Position numbers and translations under genes: made by a program
Shown: positions 24,346 through 36,700 of the stretch, one piece after another
Layout: every line of letters begins with the position of its first letter
Numbering within the stretch: the first letter of the stretch is position 1
Source of the DNA: Eledone cirrhosa
Lineage: Eukaryota
Direction of reading: 5' to 3'
DNA length: 64,000 nt
Assembly (NCBI GenBank): GCA_964016885.1
Contig: OZ024740.1
Location: forward strand, 293,942,001-294,006,000
The notes under the pieces: generated by a model
Told to the model about the DNA's origin: nothing
Seen by the model: the letters and a program-made list of their open reading frames with translations, nothing else
The model's database searches: none

Positions 24346-27300
24346 TTTTTTATTTGGAGGAGGGGGCCGTTTTTTATTTGGGGGTCCGTTTTTTATTTGG
24401 GGGCATCCGTTTTTTATTTGGAGATTCGTTTTTTATTTGGGGTGGGGGGCCGTTTTTTATTTTGGTATCCGTTTTTTATTTGTGTGTCCGTTTTTTATTT
24501 GGGGTTCGATTTTTTATTTGGGTGTCCGTTTTTTATTTGGGGATCCATTTTTATTTGTGTATCCGTTATTCATTTGGGGTGGGGGTCCGTTTTTTATTTG
24601 GGGTCCATTTTTTATTTGGGTGTCCGTTTTTTATTTGGGGATCCATTTTTTATTTGGGGATCCGTTTTTTATTTGGGGATTGGGGATCCGTTTTTTATTT
24701 GGCGTGGGGGGGTCATTTTTTTATTTGGGGTGATCCGTTTTTTATTTGGGGTCCATTTTTTATTGGGGGTCCGTTTATTTATTTGTGGGTCCACTTTTTC
24801 TTTGGGGTCAGTTTTTTATTTTGGGATTCATTTTTTATTTGGGGATCCGTTTTTTATTTCGGGATCGGGGATTCGTTTTTATTTGGCATGGGGGGGGTCA
24901 TTTTTTTATTTGGGGTGATCCGTTTTTTATTTGGGGTCCATTTTTTATTTGTGGGTCTGTTTATTTATTTGAGGGTCATTTTTTTATTTGGGGTCAGTTT
25001 TTTATTTGGGGATCCGTTTTTTATTTGGGGGAGAGTCCCTTTTTTGTATGGGGATCCGTCTTTTATTTGGGGGGGTCCGTTTTTTATATGGGTGTCCGTT
25101 TTATATTTGGGGATCCGTTTTTTATTTGGGGCAGGGTGTCCGTTTTTTATTTTGGTGTCGGTTTTTTTATTTGGGGTTGGGGGTCAGTTTTTTATCTGGG
25201 TGTCCATTATTTATTTGGGCACCCGCTTTTTATTTGGGGGGGGGCAGTTTTTTATTTGGGTGGATCCGTTTTTTATTTGGGGGTCCGGTTTTTTATTTGG
25301 GGTTGGGGGTTAGTTTTTATTTGGGTGCCCGTTTTTTATTTGGGCATCCGTTTTTTATTTGGGGGGATCTGTTTTTTATTTGGGTGTACGTTTTTTATTT
25401 GGGGGGGGGTCCGTTTTTAATTTGGGATTCCGTGTTTTTATTTTGGAGGCTCCATTTTTTATTTGGGAGATCCTTTTTTTATTTGGGGATCAGTTTTTTA
25501 TTTGGGGATTCATTTTTTATTTGAGGATCCGTTTTTTATTTGGGGATCGGGGATCCGTTTTTATTTGGCGTGGGGGGGGGGTCATTTTTTTATTTGGGGT
25601 GATCCGTTTTTTATTTGGGGTCCATTTTTTATTTGGGGCTCAGTTTATTTATTTGAGGGTCCATTTTTATTTGGGGTCAGTTTTTTATTTGGGGATCCGT
25701 TTTTTATTTGGGGGAGAGTCCGTTTTTTGTATGGGGTTCCGTCTTTTATTTGGGGGGTCCGTTTTTTATTTGGGTGTCCGTTTTATATTTGGGGATCCGT
25801 TTTTTATTTGGGGGAGGGGGTCCGTTTTTTATTTGGGTGTCGGTTTTTTATTTGGGGTTGTGTGTCAGTTTTTTATTTGGGTGTCCATTTTCTATTTGGG
25901 CACCCGCTTTTTATTTCCGGGAGCCATTTTTTATTTGGGTGGATCCGTTTTTTATTTGGCGGTCCGTTTTTTATTTGGGTGTCCGTTTTTTATTTGGGCA
26001 TCCGTTTTTTATTTGGGGGGATCTGTTTTTTATTTGGGAGTCCGTCTTTTTATTTTGGAGGCTCCTTTTTTTATTTGGGAGATCCTTTTTTTATTTGGGG
26101 ATCCGTTTTTTATTTGAGGGTCAGTTTTTTATTTGTCGGCTGATCCGTTTTTTATTTGGAGTCCATTTTTATTTGGGGGGTTCGTTTTTTATTTGGGAGG
26201 ATCCTTTTTTTATTTGGGTGTCCATTTTTTATTTGGGGGGATCCGTTTTTTATTTGGATGTCCAATTTTTATTTGGGGATCCATTTTTTATTTGGGTGTC
26301 GTTTTTTATTTGGGGATCCATTTTATTTGAGTATCCGTTTTTTATTTGGGGTATACGTTTTTCATTTGGGGGGTCCGTTCTTTATTTGGGTGTCCATTTT
26401 TTATTTAAGAGGGGGTCCGTTTTTTATTTGGGGGGTACGTATTTTATTTTGGGGGATCCGTTTTTTATTTGGGTGTCCGTTGTTTTATTTGGAGATTTGT
26501 TTTTTATTTGGGGAGATCCGTTTTTATTTGGGTGTCTTCTTTTTGTTTGGGGATCCGTTTTTTATTTGGAGGGGTCCGTTTTTTATTTGGGGATCCTTCT
26601 TTTTATTTGCGGGTCAGTTTTTTATTTGTGGGTATCCGTTTTCTATTTGTCGGCTGATCCGTTTTTTATTTGGAGTCCATTTTTTAATTGGGGTCCGTTT
26701 TTTATTTGGATGTCCATTTTTTATTTGGGGGGATCCGTTTTTTATTTGGATGTCCATTTTTTATTTGGGGATCCATTTTTGGGGGGGGATACGTTTTTCA
26801 TTTCGGGCGTCCGTTTTTTATTTGGGTGTCCATTTTTAATTTTGGAGGGGGTCCGTTTTTTATTTGGGGGTCCGTATTTTATTTTGTGGGATCCGTTTTT
26901 TATTTGGATGTCCGTTTTTTATTTGAAGATTTGTTCTTTATTTGGAGAGATCCGTTTTTATTTGGGTGTCCTCTTTTTATTTGGGGATCCGTTTTTTATT
27001 TGGAGGGGTCCGTTTTTTATTTGGGGATCCGTTTTTTATTTGGCAATTCGTTTTTTAATTGGGGTGGGGGCGTTTTTTATTTGGGGTGGGGGGGGGGCGT
27101 TTTTATTTGGGGGTGGTCCGTTTTTTATTTGGGATCCATTTTTTATTTGGGTGTAGTTTTTTATTTGATCCATTTTTATTTGGAGGAGTGGTCCGTTTTT
27201 TATTTGGGGGGATCCGTTTTTTATTTGTCGGCTGATCCGTTTTTAATTTGGAGTCCATTTTTTAATTGGGGGTCCGTTTTTTATTTGGTTATCCGTTTTT

Positions 27301-29505
27301 TATTTGGGGGGATCCGTTTTTTATTTGGTGTCCATTTTTTATTTGGGGATCCATTTTTTATTTGGGTGTAGTTTTTTATTTGGATGTCCGTTTTTTATTT
27401 GGGGGAGGGGGACGTTTTTATTTGGATGTCCGTTTTTTATTTGGGGGATCCCTTTTTTATTTGGGGATCCATTTTTTATTTGGGTGTAGTTTTTTATTTG
27501 GGGATCCATTTTTATTTGGGTGTCCGTTTTTTATTTGGAGGAGGGGGCCGTTTTTTATTTGGGGGTCCGTTTTTTATTTGGGGGCATCCGTTTTTTATTT
27601 GGAGATTCGTTTTTTATTTGGGGTGGGGGGCCGTTTTTTATTTTGGTATCCGTTTTTTATTTGTGTGTCCGTTTTTTATTTGGGGTTCGATTTTTTATTT
27701 GGGTGTCCGTTTTTTATTTGGGGATCCATTTTTATTTGTGTATCCGTTATTCATTTGGGGTGGGGTCCGTTTTTTATTTGGGGTCCATTTTTTATTTGGG
27801 TGTCCGTTTTTTATTTGGGGATCCATTTTTTATTTGGGGATCCGTTTTTTATTTGGGGATTGGGGATCCGTTTTTTATTTGGCGTGGGGGGTCATTTTTT
27901 TATTTGGGGTGATCCGTTTTTTATTTGGGGTCCATTTTTTATTGGGGGTCCGTTTATTTATTTGTGGGTCCACTTTTTCTTTGGGGTCAGTTTTTTATTT
28001 TGGGATTCATTTTTTATTTGGGGATCCGTTTTTTATTTCGGGATCGGGGATTCGTTTTTATTTGGCATGGGGGGGGTCATTTTTTTATTTGGGGTGATCC
28101 GTTTTTTATTTGGGGTCCATTTTTTATTTGTGGGTCTGTTTATTTATTTGAGGGTCATTTTTTTATTTGGGGTCAGTTTTTTATTTGGGGATCCGTTTTT
28201 TATTTGGGGGAGAGTCCCTTTTTTGTATGGGGATCCGTCTTTTATTTGGGGGGGTCCGTTTTTTATATGGGTGTCCGTTTTATATTTGGGGATCCGTTTT
28301 TTATTTGGGGCAGGGTGTCCGTTTTTTATTTTGGTGTCGGTTTTTTTATTTGGGGTTGGGGGTCAGTTTTTTATCTGGGTGTCCATTATTTATTTGGGCA
28401 CCCGCTTTTTATTTGGGGGGGGGGGCAGTTTTTTATTTGGGTGGATCCGTTTTTTATTTGGGGGTCCGGTTTTTTATTTGGGGTTGGGGGTTAGTTTTTA
28501 TTTGGGTGCCCGTTTTTTATTTGGGCATCCGTTTTTTATTTGGGGGGATCTGTTTTTTATTTGGGTGTACGTTTTTTATTTGGGGGGGGGTCCGTTTTTA
28601 ATTTGGGATTCCGTGTTTTTATTTTGGAGGCTCCATTTTTTATTTGGGAGATCCTTTTTTTATTTGGGGATCAGTTTTTTATTTGGGGATTCATTTTTTA
28701 TTTGAGGATCCGTTTTTTATTTGGGGATCGGGGATCCGTTTTTATTTGGCGTGGGGGGGGGGGTCATTTTTTTATTTGGGGTGATCCGTTTTTTATTTGG
28801 GGTCCATTTTTTATTTGGGGCTCAGTTTATTTATTTGAGGGTCCATTTTTATTTGGGGTCAGTTTTTTATTTGGGGATCCGTTTTTTATTTGGGGGAGAG
28901 TCCGTTTTTTGTATGGGGTTCCGTCTTTTATTTGGGGGGTCCGTTTTTTATTTGGGTGTCCGTTTTATATTTGGGGATCCGTTTTTTATTTGGGGGAGGG
29001 GGTCCGTTTTTTATTTGGGTGTCGGTTTTTTATTTGGGGTTGTGTGTCAGTTTTTTATTTGGGTGTCCATTTTCTATTTGGGCACCCGCTTTTTATTTCC
29101 GGGAGCCATTTTTTATTTGGGTGGATCCGTTTTTTATTTGGCGGTCCGTTTTTTATTTGGGTGTCCGTTTTTTATTTGGGCATCCGTTTTTTATTTGGGG
29201 GGATCTGTTTTTTATTTGGGAGTCCGTCTTTTTATTTTGGAGGCTCCTTTTTTTATTTGGGAGATCCTTTTTTTATTTGGGGATCCGTTTTTTATTTGAG
29301 GGTCAGTTTTTTATTTGTCGGCTGATCCGTTTTTTATTTGGAGTCCATTTTTATTTGGGGGGTTCGTTTTTTATTTGGGAGGATCCTTTTTTTATTTGGG
29401 TGTCCATTTTTTATTTGGGGGGATCCGTTTTTTATTTGGATGTCCAATTTTTATTTGGGGATCCATTTTTTATTTGGGTGTCGTTTTTTATTTGGGGATC
29501 CATTT
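23076..29505. repeat. Tandem 3.18 kb higher-order duplication (about 23076-26255 and 26256-29437 plus partial third copy)
   Basis: Matching ORF translations at offsets 3179-3182: 23289/26469, 24123/27304, 24746/27925, 25708/28890, 26133/29315. Confidence 0.93.
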
Positions 29506-30225
29506 TATTTGGGTATCCGTTTTTTATTTGGGGGATACGTTTTTCATTTGGGGGGTCCGTTTTTTATTTGGGTGTCCATTTTTTATTTTGGAGGGGGTCC
29601 GTTTTTTTTATTTAGGGGGTACGTATTTTATTTTGGGGGATCCGCTTTTTATTTGGGTGTCCGTTGTTTTATTTGGAGATTTCTTTTTTATTTGGGGAGA
29701 TCCGTTTTTTATTTGGGGATCCGTTTTTTATTTGGAGGGGTCCGTTTTTTATTGGGGGATCGGTTTTTTATTTGTCGGCTGATCCGTTTTTTATTTGGAG
29801 TCCATTTTTATTTGGGGGGTTCGTTTTTTATTTGGGAGGATCCTTTTTTTATTTGGGTGTCCATTTTTTATTTGGGGGGATCCGTTTTTTATTTGGATGT
29901 CCAATTTTTATTTGGGGATCCATTTTTTATTTGGGTGTCGTTTTTTATTTGGGGATCCATTTTATTTGGGTATCCGTTTTTTATTTGGGGGATACGTTTT
30001 TCATTTGGGGGGTCCGTTTTTTATTTGGGTGTCCATTTTTTATTTTGGAGAGGGTCCGTTTTTTTTATTTAGGGGGTACGTATTTTATTTTGGGGGATCC
30101 GCTTTTTATTTGGGTGTCCGTTGTTTTATTTGGAGATTTCTTTTTTATTTGGGGAGATCCGTTTTTTATTTGGGGATCCGTTTTTTATTTGGAGGGGTCC
30201 GTTTTTTATTGGGGGATCGGTTTTT
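29310..30225. repeat. Tandem 457-bp duplication within domain B
   Basis: ORF pairs 29338/29795 and 29664/30121 both offset by 457. Confidence 0.88.
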
Positions 30226-31989
30226 TTATTTGAGGGTCAGTTTTTTATTTGTGGGGGTCCGTTTTTTATTTGTCGGCTGATCCATTTTTTATTTGGAGTC
30301 CATTTTTTAATTGGGGGTCCGTTTTTTTAATTGGGGGGTCCGTTTTTTATTTTGGGGGGATCTGTTTTTTATTTGGGTGTCCATTTTTTATCTGGGGGGA
30401 TCCGTTTTTTATTTGGATGTCCATTTTTTATTTGGGGATCCATTTTTATTTGGGGGATACGTTTTTCATTTGGATGGTCTGTTTTTTATTTGGGTGTCCA
30501 TTTTTTATTTTGGACGGGGTCCGTTTTTTATTTGGGGGGGTCCGTATTTTATTTTGGCGGATCCGTTTTTTATTTGGGTGTCCGTTTTTTATTTGGAGAT
30601 TTGTTCTTTATTTGGGGAGATCCGTTTTTTATTTGGGTGTTCTCTTTTTATTTGGGGATCCGTTTTTTATTTGGAGGGGTCCGTTTTTTATTTGGGGATC
30701 CGTTTTATTTGAGGGTTTGTTTTTTATTTGGGGGGGGGGGTCCGTTTTATATTTGTCGGCTGATCCGTTTTTTATTTGGAGTCCATTTTTTAATTGGGGG
30801 TCCGTTTTTTATTTGGGTATCCGTTTTTTATTTGGGGGGATCCGTTTTTTATTTGGGTGTCCGTTTCTTATTTGGGTGTAGTTTTTTATTTGGATGTCCG
30901 TTATTTATTGGGGGGGGGCGTTTTTATTTGGGGTCCGTTTTTTATTTGGAAATTCGTTTTTTATTTGGGGTGGGGGGCCGTTTTTATTTGGGGGTGGTCC
31001 GTTTTTTATTTGGGTGCCCGTTTTTTATTTGGGGATCCATTTTTATTTGGGTGTCCGTTTTTTATTTGGAGGAGGATGCCGTTTTTTATCTGGGGGTCCG
31101 TCTTTTATTTGGGGGCATCCGTTTTTTATTTGGGGATTCGTTTTTTATTTGGGGTAGGGGGCCGTTTTTTATTTTGATATCCGTTTTTTATTTGTGCGTC
31201 CGTTTTTTATTTGGGGTTCGATTTTTTATTTGGGGATCCATTTTTATTTGGGTATCCGGTATTTATTTGGGGTGGGGGGGTCCGTTTTTTATTTGGGGTC
31301 CATTTTTATTTGGGTGTCCGTTTTTTAATTGGGGATCCATTTTTTATTTGGGGATCCGTTTTTTATTTCGGGATCGGGGATCCGTTTTTTATTTGGCGTG
31401 GGGGGGTCATTTTTTTATTTGGGGTGATCCGTTTTTTATTTGCGGTCCATTTTTTATTTGGGGTCCGTTTATTTATTTGAGGGTCCATTTTTTATTTGGG
31501 GTCAGTTTTTTATTTGGGATCCTTTTTTTATTTGGGGGAGAGTCCGTTTTTTGTATGGGGATCCGTCTTTTATTTGGGGGGGGGTCCATTTTTTATTTGG
31601 GTGTCCGTTTTATATTTGGGGATCCGTTTTTTATTTGGGTGTCGGTTTTTTATTTGGGGTTGGGGTCAGTTTTTTATTTGGGTGTCCATTTTTTATTTGG
31701 GGATCCATTTTATTTGGGTATCCGTTTTTTATTTGGGGGATACGTTTTTTATTTGGAGGGTCCGTTTTTTATTTGGGTGTCTATTTTTTATTTAGGAGGG
31801 GTCCGTTTTTTAGTTGGGGCGTACGTATTTTATTTTGGGGGATCCGTTTTTTATTTGGGTGTCCGTTGTTTTATTTGGAGATTTGTTTTTTATTTGGGGA
31901 TATCCGTTTTTATTTGGGTGTCTTCTTTTTGTTTGGGGATCCGTTTTTTATTTGGAGGGGTCCGTTTTTTATTTGGGGATCCGTTTTTT

Positions 31990-33710
31990 TATTTGCGGGT
32001 CAGTTTTTTATTTGTGGGGATCCGTTTTCTATTTGTCGGCTGATCCGTTTTTTATTTGGAGTCCATTTTTTAATTGGGGTCCGTTTTTTTTAGTTGGCAG
32101 GGGTCCGTTTTTTATTTGGGGGGATCCGTTTTTTATTTGGATGTCCATTTTTTATTTGGGGGGATCCGTTTTTTATTTGGATGTCCAATTTTTATTTGGG
32201 GATCCATTTTTTTTGGGGGGGGGTATACGTTTTTCATTTGGGGCGTACGTTTTTTATTTGGGTGTTCATTTTTTATTTTGGAGGGGGTCCGTTTTTTATT
32301 TGGGAGTCCGTTTTTTATTTGGGTGTCCGTTTTTTATTTGGAGATTTGTTCTTTATTTGGGGAGATCCGTTTTTTATTTGGGTGTCCGTTTTTTATTTGG
32401 AGATTTGTTCTTTATTTGGGGAGATCCGTTTTTTATTTGGGTGTCCTCTTTTTATTTGGGGATCCGTTTTTTACTTGGAGGGGTCCGTTTTTTATTTGGG
32501 GATCCGTTTTATTTGAGGGTCAGTTTTTTATTTGGGGGGGGTCTGTTTTTATTTGTCGGCTGATCCATTTTTAATTTGGAGTCCCCATTTTTTTAATTGG
32601 GGGTCCGTTTTTTATTTGGGGGGATCCGTTTTTTATTTGGGTGTCCGTTTTTTATTTGGGGATCCATTTTTTATTTGGGTGTAGTTTTTTATTTGGATGT
32701 CCGTTTTTTATTTGGGGGAGGGGGACGTTTTTATTTGGGGGTCCGTTTTTTATTTGGCGATCCCTTTTCTATTTGGGGATCCATTTTTTATTTGGGTGTA
32801 GTTTTTTATTTGGGGATCCATTTTTATTTGGGTGTCCGTTTTTTATTTGGGGATCCATTTTATTTGCGGGTCAGTTTTTTATTTGTGGGGATCCGTTTTC
32901 TATTTGTCGGATGATCAGTTTTTTATTTGGAGTCCATTTTTTAATTGGGGTCCGTTTTTTTTAGTTGGCAGGGGTCCGTTTTTTATTTGGGGGGATCCGT
33001 TTTTTATTTGGATGTCCATTTTTTATTTGGAGGGATCCGTTTTTTATTTGGATGTCCAATTTTTATTTGGGGATCCATTTTGGGGGGGGCGTATACGTTT
33101 TTCATTTGGGGCGTCCGTTTTTTATTTGGGTGTCCATTTTTTATTTTGGAGGGGGTCCGTTTTTTATTTGGGGGTCCGTATTTTATTTTGGCGGATCCGT
33201 TTTTTATTTGGGTGTCCGTTTTTTATTTGGAGATTTGTTCTTTATTTGGGGAGATCCGTTTTTTATTTGGGTGTCCTCTTTTTATTTGGGGATCCGTTTT
33301 TTATTTGGAGGGGTCCGTTTTTTATTTGGGGATCCGTTTTATTTGAGGGTCAGTTTTTTATTTGGGGGGGTCTGTTTTTTATTTGTCGGCTGATCCATTT
33401 TTAATTTGGAGTCCCCATTTTTTTAATTGGGGGTCCGTTTTTTATTTGGTTATCCGTTTTTTATTTGGGGGGATCCGTTTTTTATTTGGGTGTCCGTTTT
33501 TTATTTGGGGATCCATTTTTTATTTGGGTGTAGATTTTTATTTGGATGTCCGTTTTTTATTTGGGGGAGGGGGACGTTTTTATTTGGGGGTCCGTTTTTT
33601 GTTTGGCGATCCCTTTTATATTTGGGGATCCATTTTTTATTTGGGTGTAGTTTTTTATTTGGGGATCCATTTTTATTTGGGTGTCCGTTTTTTATTTGGG
33701 GATCCATTTT
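31990..33710. repeat. Tandem ~870-bp duplication within domain B
   Basis: ORF pairs 32074/32945 and 32094/32965 offset 871; rare words tagttggcagggg and ggagtccccatt occur in both copies. Confidence 0.8.
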
Positions 33711-36700
33711 TTATTTGGGGATCCTTTTTTTATTTGGGGATCGGGGATCCGTTTTTTATTTGGCGTGGGGGTTTCATTTTTTTATTTGGGGTGATCCGTT
33801 TTTTATTTGGGGTCCATTTTTTATTTGGGGGTCCGTTTATTTATTTGTGGGTCCACTTTTTCTTTGGGGTCAGTTTTTTATTTTGGGATTCATTTTTTAT
33901 TTGGGGATCCGTTTTTTATTTCGGGATCGGGGATTCGTTTTTTATTTGGCATGCGGGGGTCATATTTTTATTTGGGGTGATCCTTTTTCTATTTGGGGTC
34001 CATTTTTTATTTGGGGGTCTGTTTATTTATTTGAGGGTCCATTTTTTATTTGGGGTCAGTTTTTTATTTGGGGATCCGTTTTTTATTTGGGGGAGAGTCC
34101 GTTTTTTGTATGGGGATCCGTCTTTTATTTGGGGGGGGTCCGTTTTTTATATGGGTGTCCGTTTCATATTTGGGGATCTGTTTTTTATTTGGGGGAGGGG
34201 GTTCGTTTTTTATTTTGGTGTCGGTTTTTTTATTTGGGGTTGGGGGTCAGTTTTTTATCTGGGTGTCCATTATTTATTTGGGCACCCGCTTTTTATTTGC
34301 GGGGGCCGTTTTTTATTTGGGTGGATCCGTTTTTTATTTGGGGGTCCGTTTTTTATTTGGGGTTGGGGGTCAGTTTTTTATTTGGGTGCCCGTTTTTTAT
34401 TTGGGCATCCGTTTTTTATTTGGGGGGATCTGTTTTTTATTTGGGTGTACGTTTTTTATTTGGGGGGGGGGTCCGTTTTTAATTTGGGAGTCCGTTTTTT
34501 TTATTTTGGAGGCTCCTTTTTTTATTTGGGAGATCCTTTTTTTATTTGGGGATCCGTTTTTTATTTGAGGGTCAGTTTTTTATTTGGGGATTCAATTTTT
34601 ATTTGGGGATCCGTTTTTTATTTGGGGATCGGGGATCCGTTTTTTATTTCGCGTGGGGGGGTCATTTTTTTATTTGGGGTGATCCGTTTTTTAATTGGGG
34701 TCTTTTTTTTATTTGGGGCTCCGTTTATTTATTTGAGGGTCCATTTTTTATTTGGGGTCAGTTTTTTATTTGGGGATCCGTTTTTTATTTGGGGGAGAGT
34801 CAGTTTCTTGTATGGGGTTCCGTCTTTTATTTGGGGGGTCCGTTTTTTATTTGGGTGTCCGTTTCATATTTGGGGATCCGTATTTTATTTGGGGGAGGGG
34901 GTCCGTTTTTTATTTGGGTGTCGGTTTTTTATTTGGGGTTGTGTGTCAGTTTTTTATTTGGGTGTCCATTTTCTACTTGGGCACCCGCTTTTTATTTGCG
35001 GGAGCCATTTTTTATTTGGGTGGATCCGTTTTTTATTTGGGGGTCCGTTTTTTATTTGGGGTCGGGGGTCAGTTTTTACTTGGGTGTCCGTTTTTATTTG
35101 GGCATCCGTTTTTTATTTGGGGGGGATCTGTTTTTTATTTGGGTGTACGTTTTTTATTTGGGGGGGTCCGTTTTTTATTTGGGAGTCCGTCTTTTTATTT
35201 TGGAGGCTCCTTTTTTTATTTGGGAGATCCTTTTTTATTTGGGGATCCGTTTTTTTATTTGAGGGTTAGTTTTTTATTTGGGGGGGTCCGTTTTTTATTT
35301 GTCGGCTGATCCGTTTTTTATTTGGAGTCCATTTTTTATTTGGGGGTCCGTTTTTTATTTGGGAGGATCCTTTTTTTTAATTGGGTGTCTATTTTTTATT
35401 TGGGGGGATCCGTTTTTTATTTGGATGTCCAATTTTTATTTGGGGATTCATTTTTTATTTGGGTGTCGTTTTTTAGGGGATAATTTTATTTGGGTATCCG
35501 TTTTTTATTTGGGGGATACGTTTTTCATTTGGGGGGGTCCGTTTTTTATTTGGGTGTCCATTTTTTATTTTGGAGGGGGTCCTTTTTTTATTTGGGGGGT
35601 ACGTATTTTATTTTGGGGATCCGCTTTTTATTTGGGTGTCCGTTGTTTTATTTGGAGATTTCTTTTTTATTTGGGGAGATCCGTTTTTTATTTGGGGATC
35701 CGTTTTTTATTTGGAGGGGTCCGTTTTTTATTTGGGGATCCGTTTTTTTATTTGAGGGTCAGTTTTTTATTTGTGGGGGTCCGCAATTTTTTTGGTCGGC
35801 TGATCCGTTTTTTATTTGGAGTCCATTTTTTAATTGGGGGTCCGTTTTTTGTATTGGGGGGTCCGTTTTTTATTTGAGGGGATCCGTTTTTTATTTGGGT
35901 GTCCATTTTTTATCTGGGGGGATCCGTTTTTTATTTGGATGTCCATTTTTATTTGGGGATCCATTTTTATTTGGGGGTTACGTTTTTCATTTGGAGGGTC
36001 TGTTTTTTATTTGGGTGTCCATTTTTTATTTTGGACGGGTCCGTTTTTTATTTGGGGGGTCCCTATTTTATTTTGGCGGATCCGTTTTTTATTTGGCGGA
36101 TCCGTTTTTTATTTGGAGATTTGTTCTTTATTTGGGGAGATCCGTTTTTTATTTGGGTGTCCTCTTTTTATTTGGGGATCCGTTTTTTATTTGGAGGGGT
36201 CCGTTTTTTATTTGGGGATCCGTTTTATTTGAGGGTTTGTTTTTTATTTGGGGGCGTTCGTTTTTTATTTGGAGTCCATTTTTTAATTGGGGGTCCGTTT
36301 TTTATTTGGGGGGATCCGTTTTTTATTTGGGTGTCCGTTTCTTATTTGGGTGTAGTTTTTTATTTGGATGTCCGTTATTTATTTGGGGAGGGGGCGTTTT
36401 TATTTGGGGGTCCGTTTTTTATTTGGGAATTCGTTTTTTATTTGGGGTGGGGGGCCGTTTTTATTTGGGGGTGGTCCGTTTTTTATTTGGGTGCCCGTTT
36501 TTTATTTGGGGATCCATTTTTTATTTGGGTGTAGTTTTTTATTTGGGGATCCATTTTTATTTGGGTGTCCGTTTTTTATTTGGAGGAGGATGCCGTTTTT
36601 TATTTGGGGGTCCGTCTTTTATTTGGGGGCATCCGTTTTTTATTTGGGGATTCGTTTTTTATTTGGGGTGGGGGGCCGTTTTTTATTTTGGTATCCGTTT

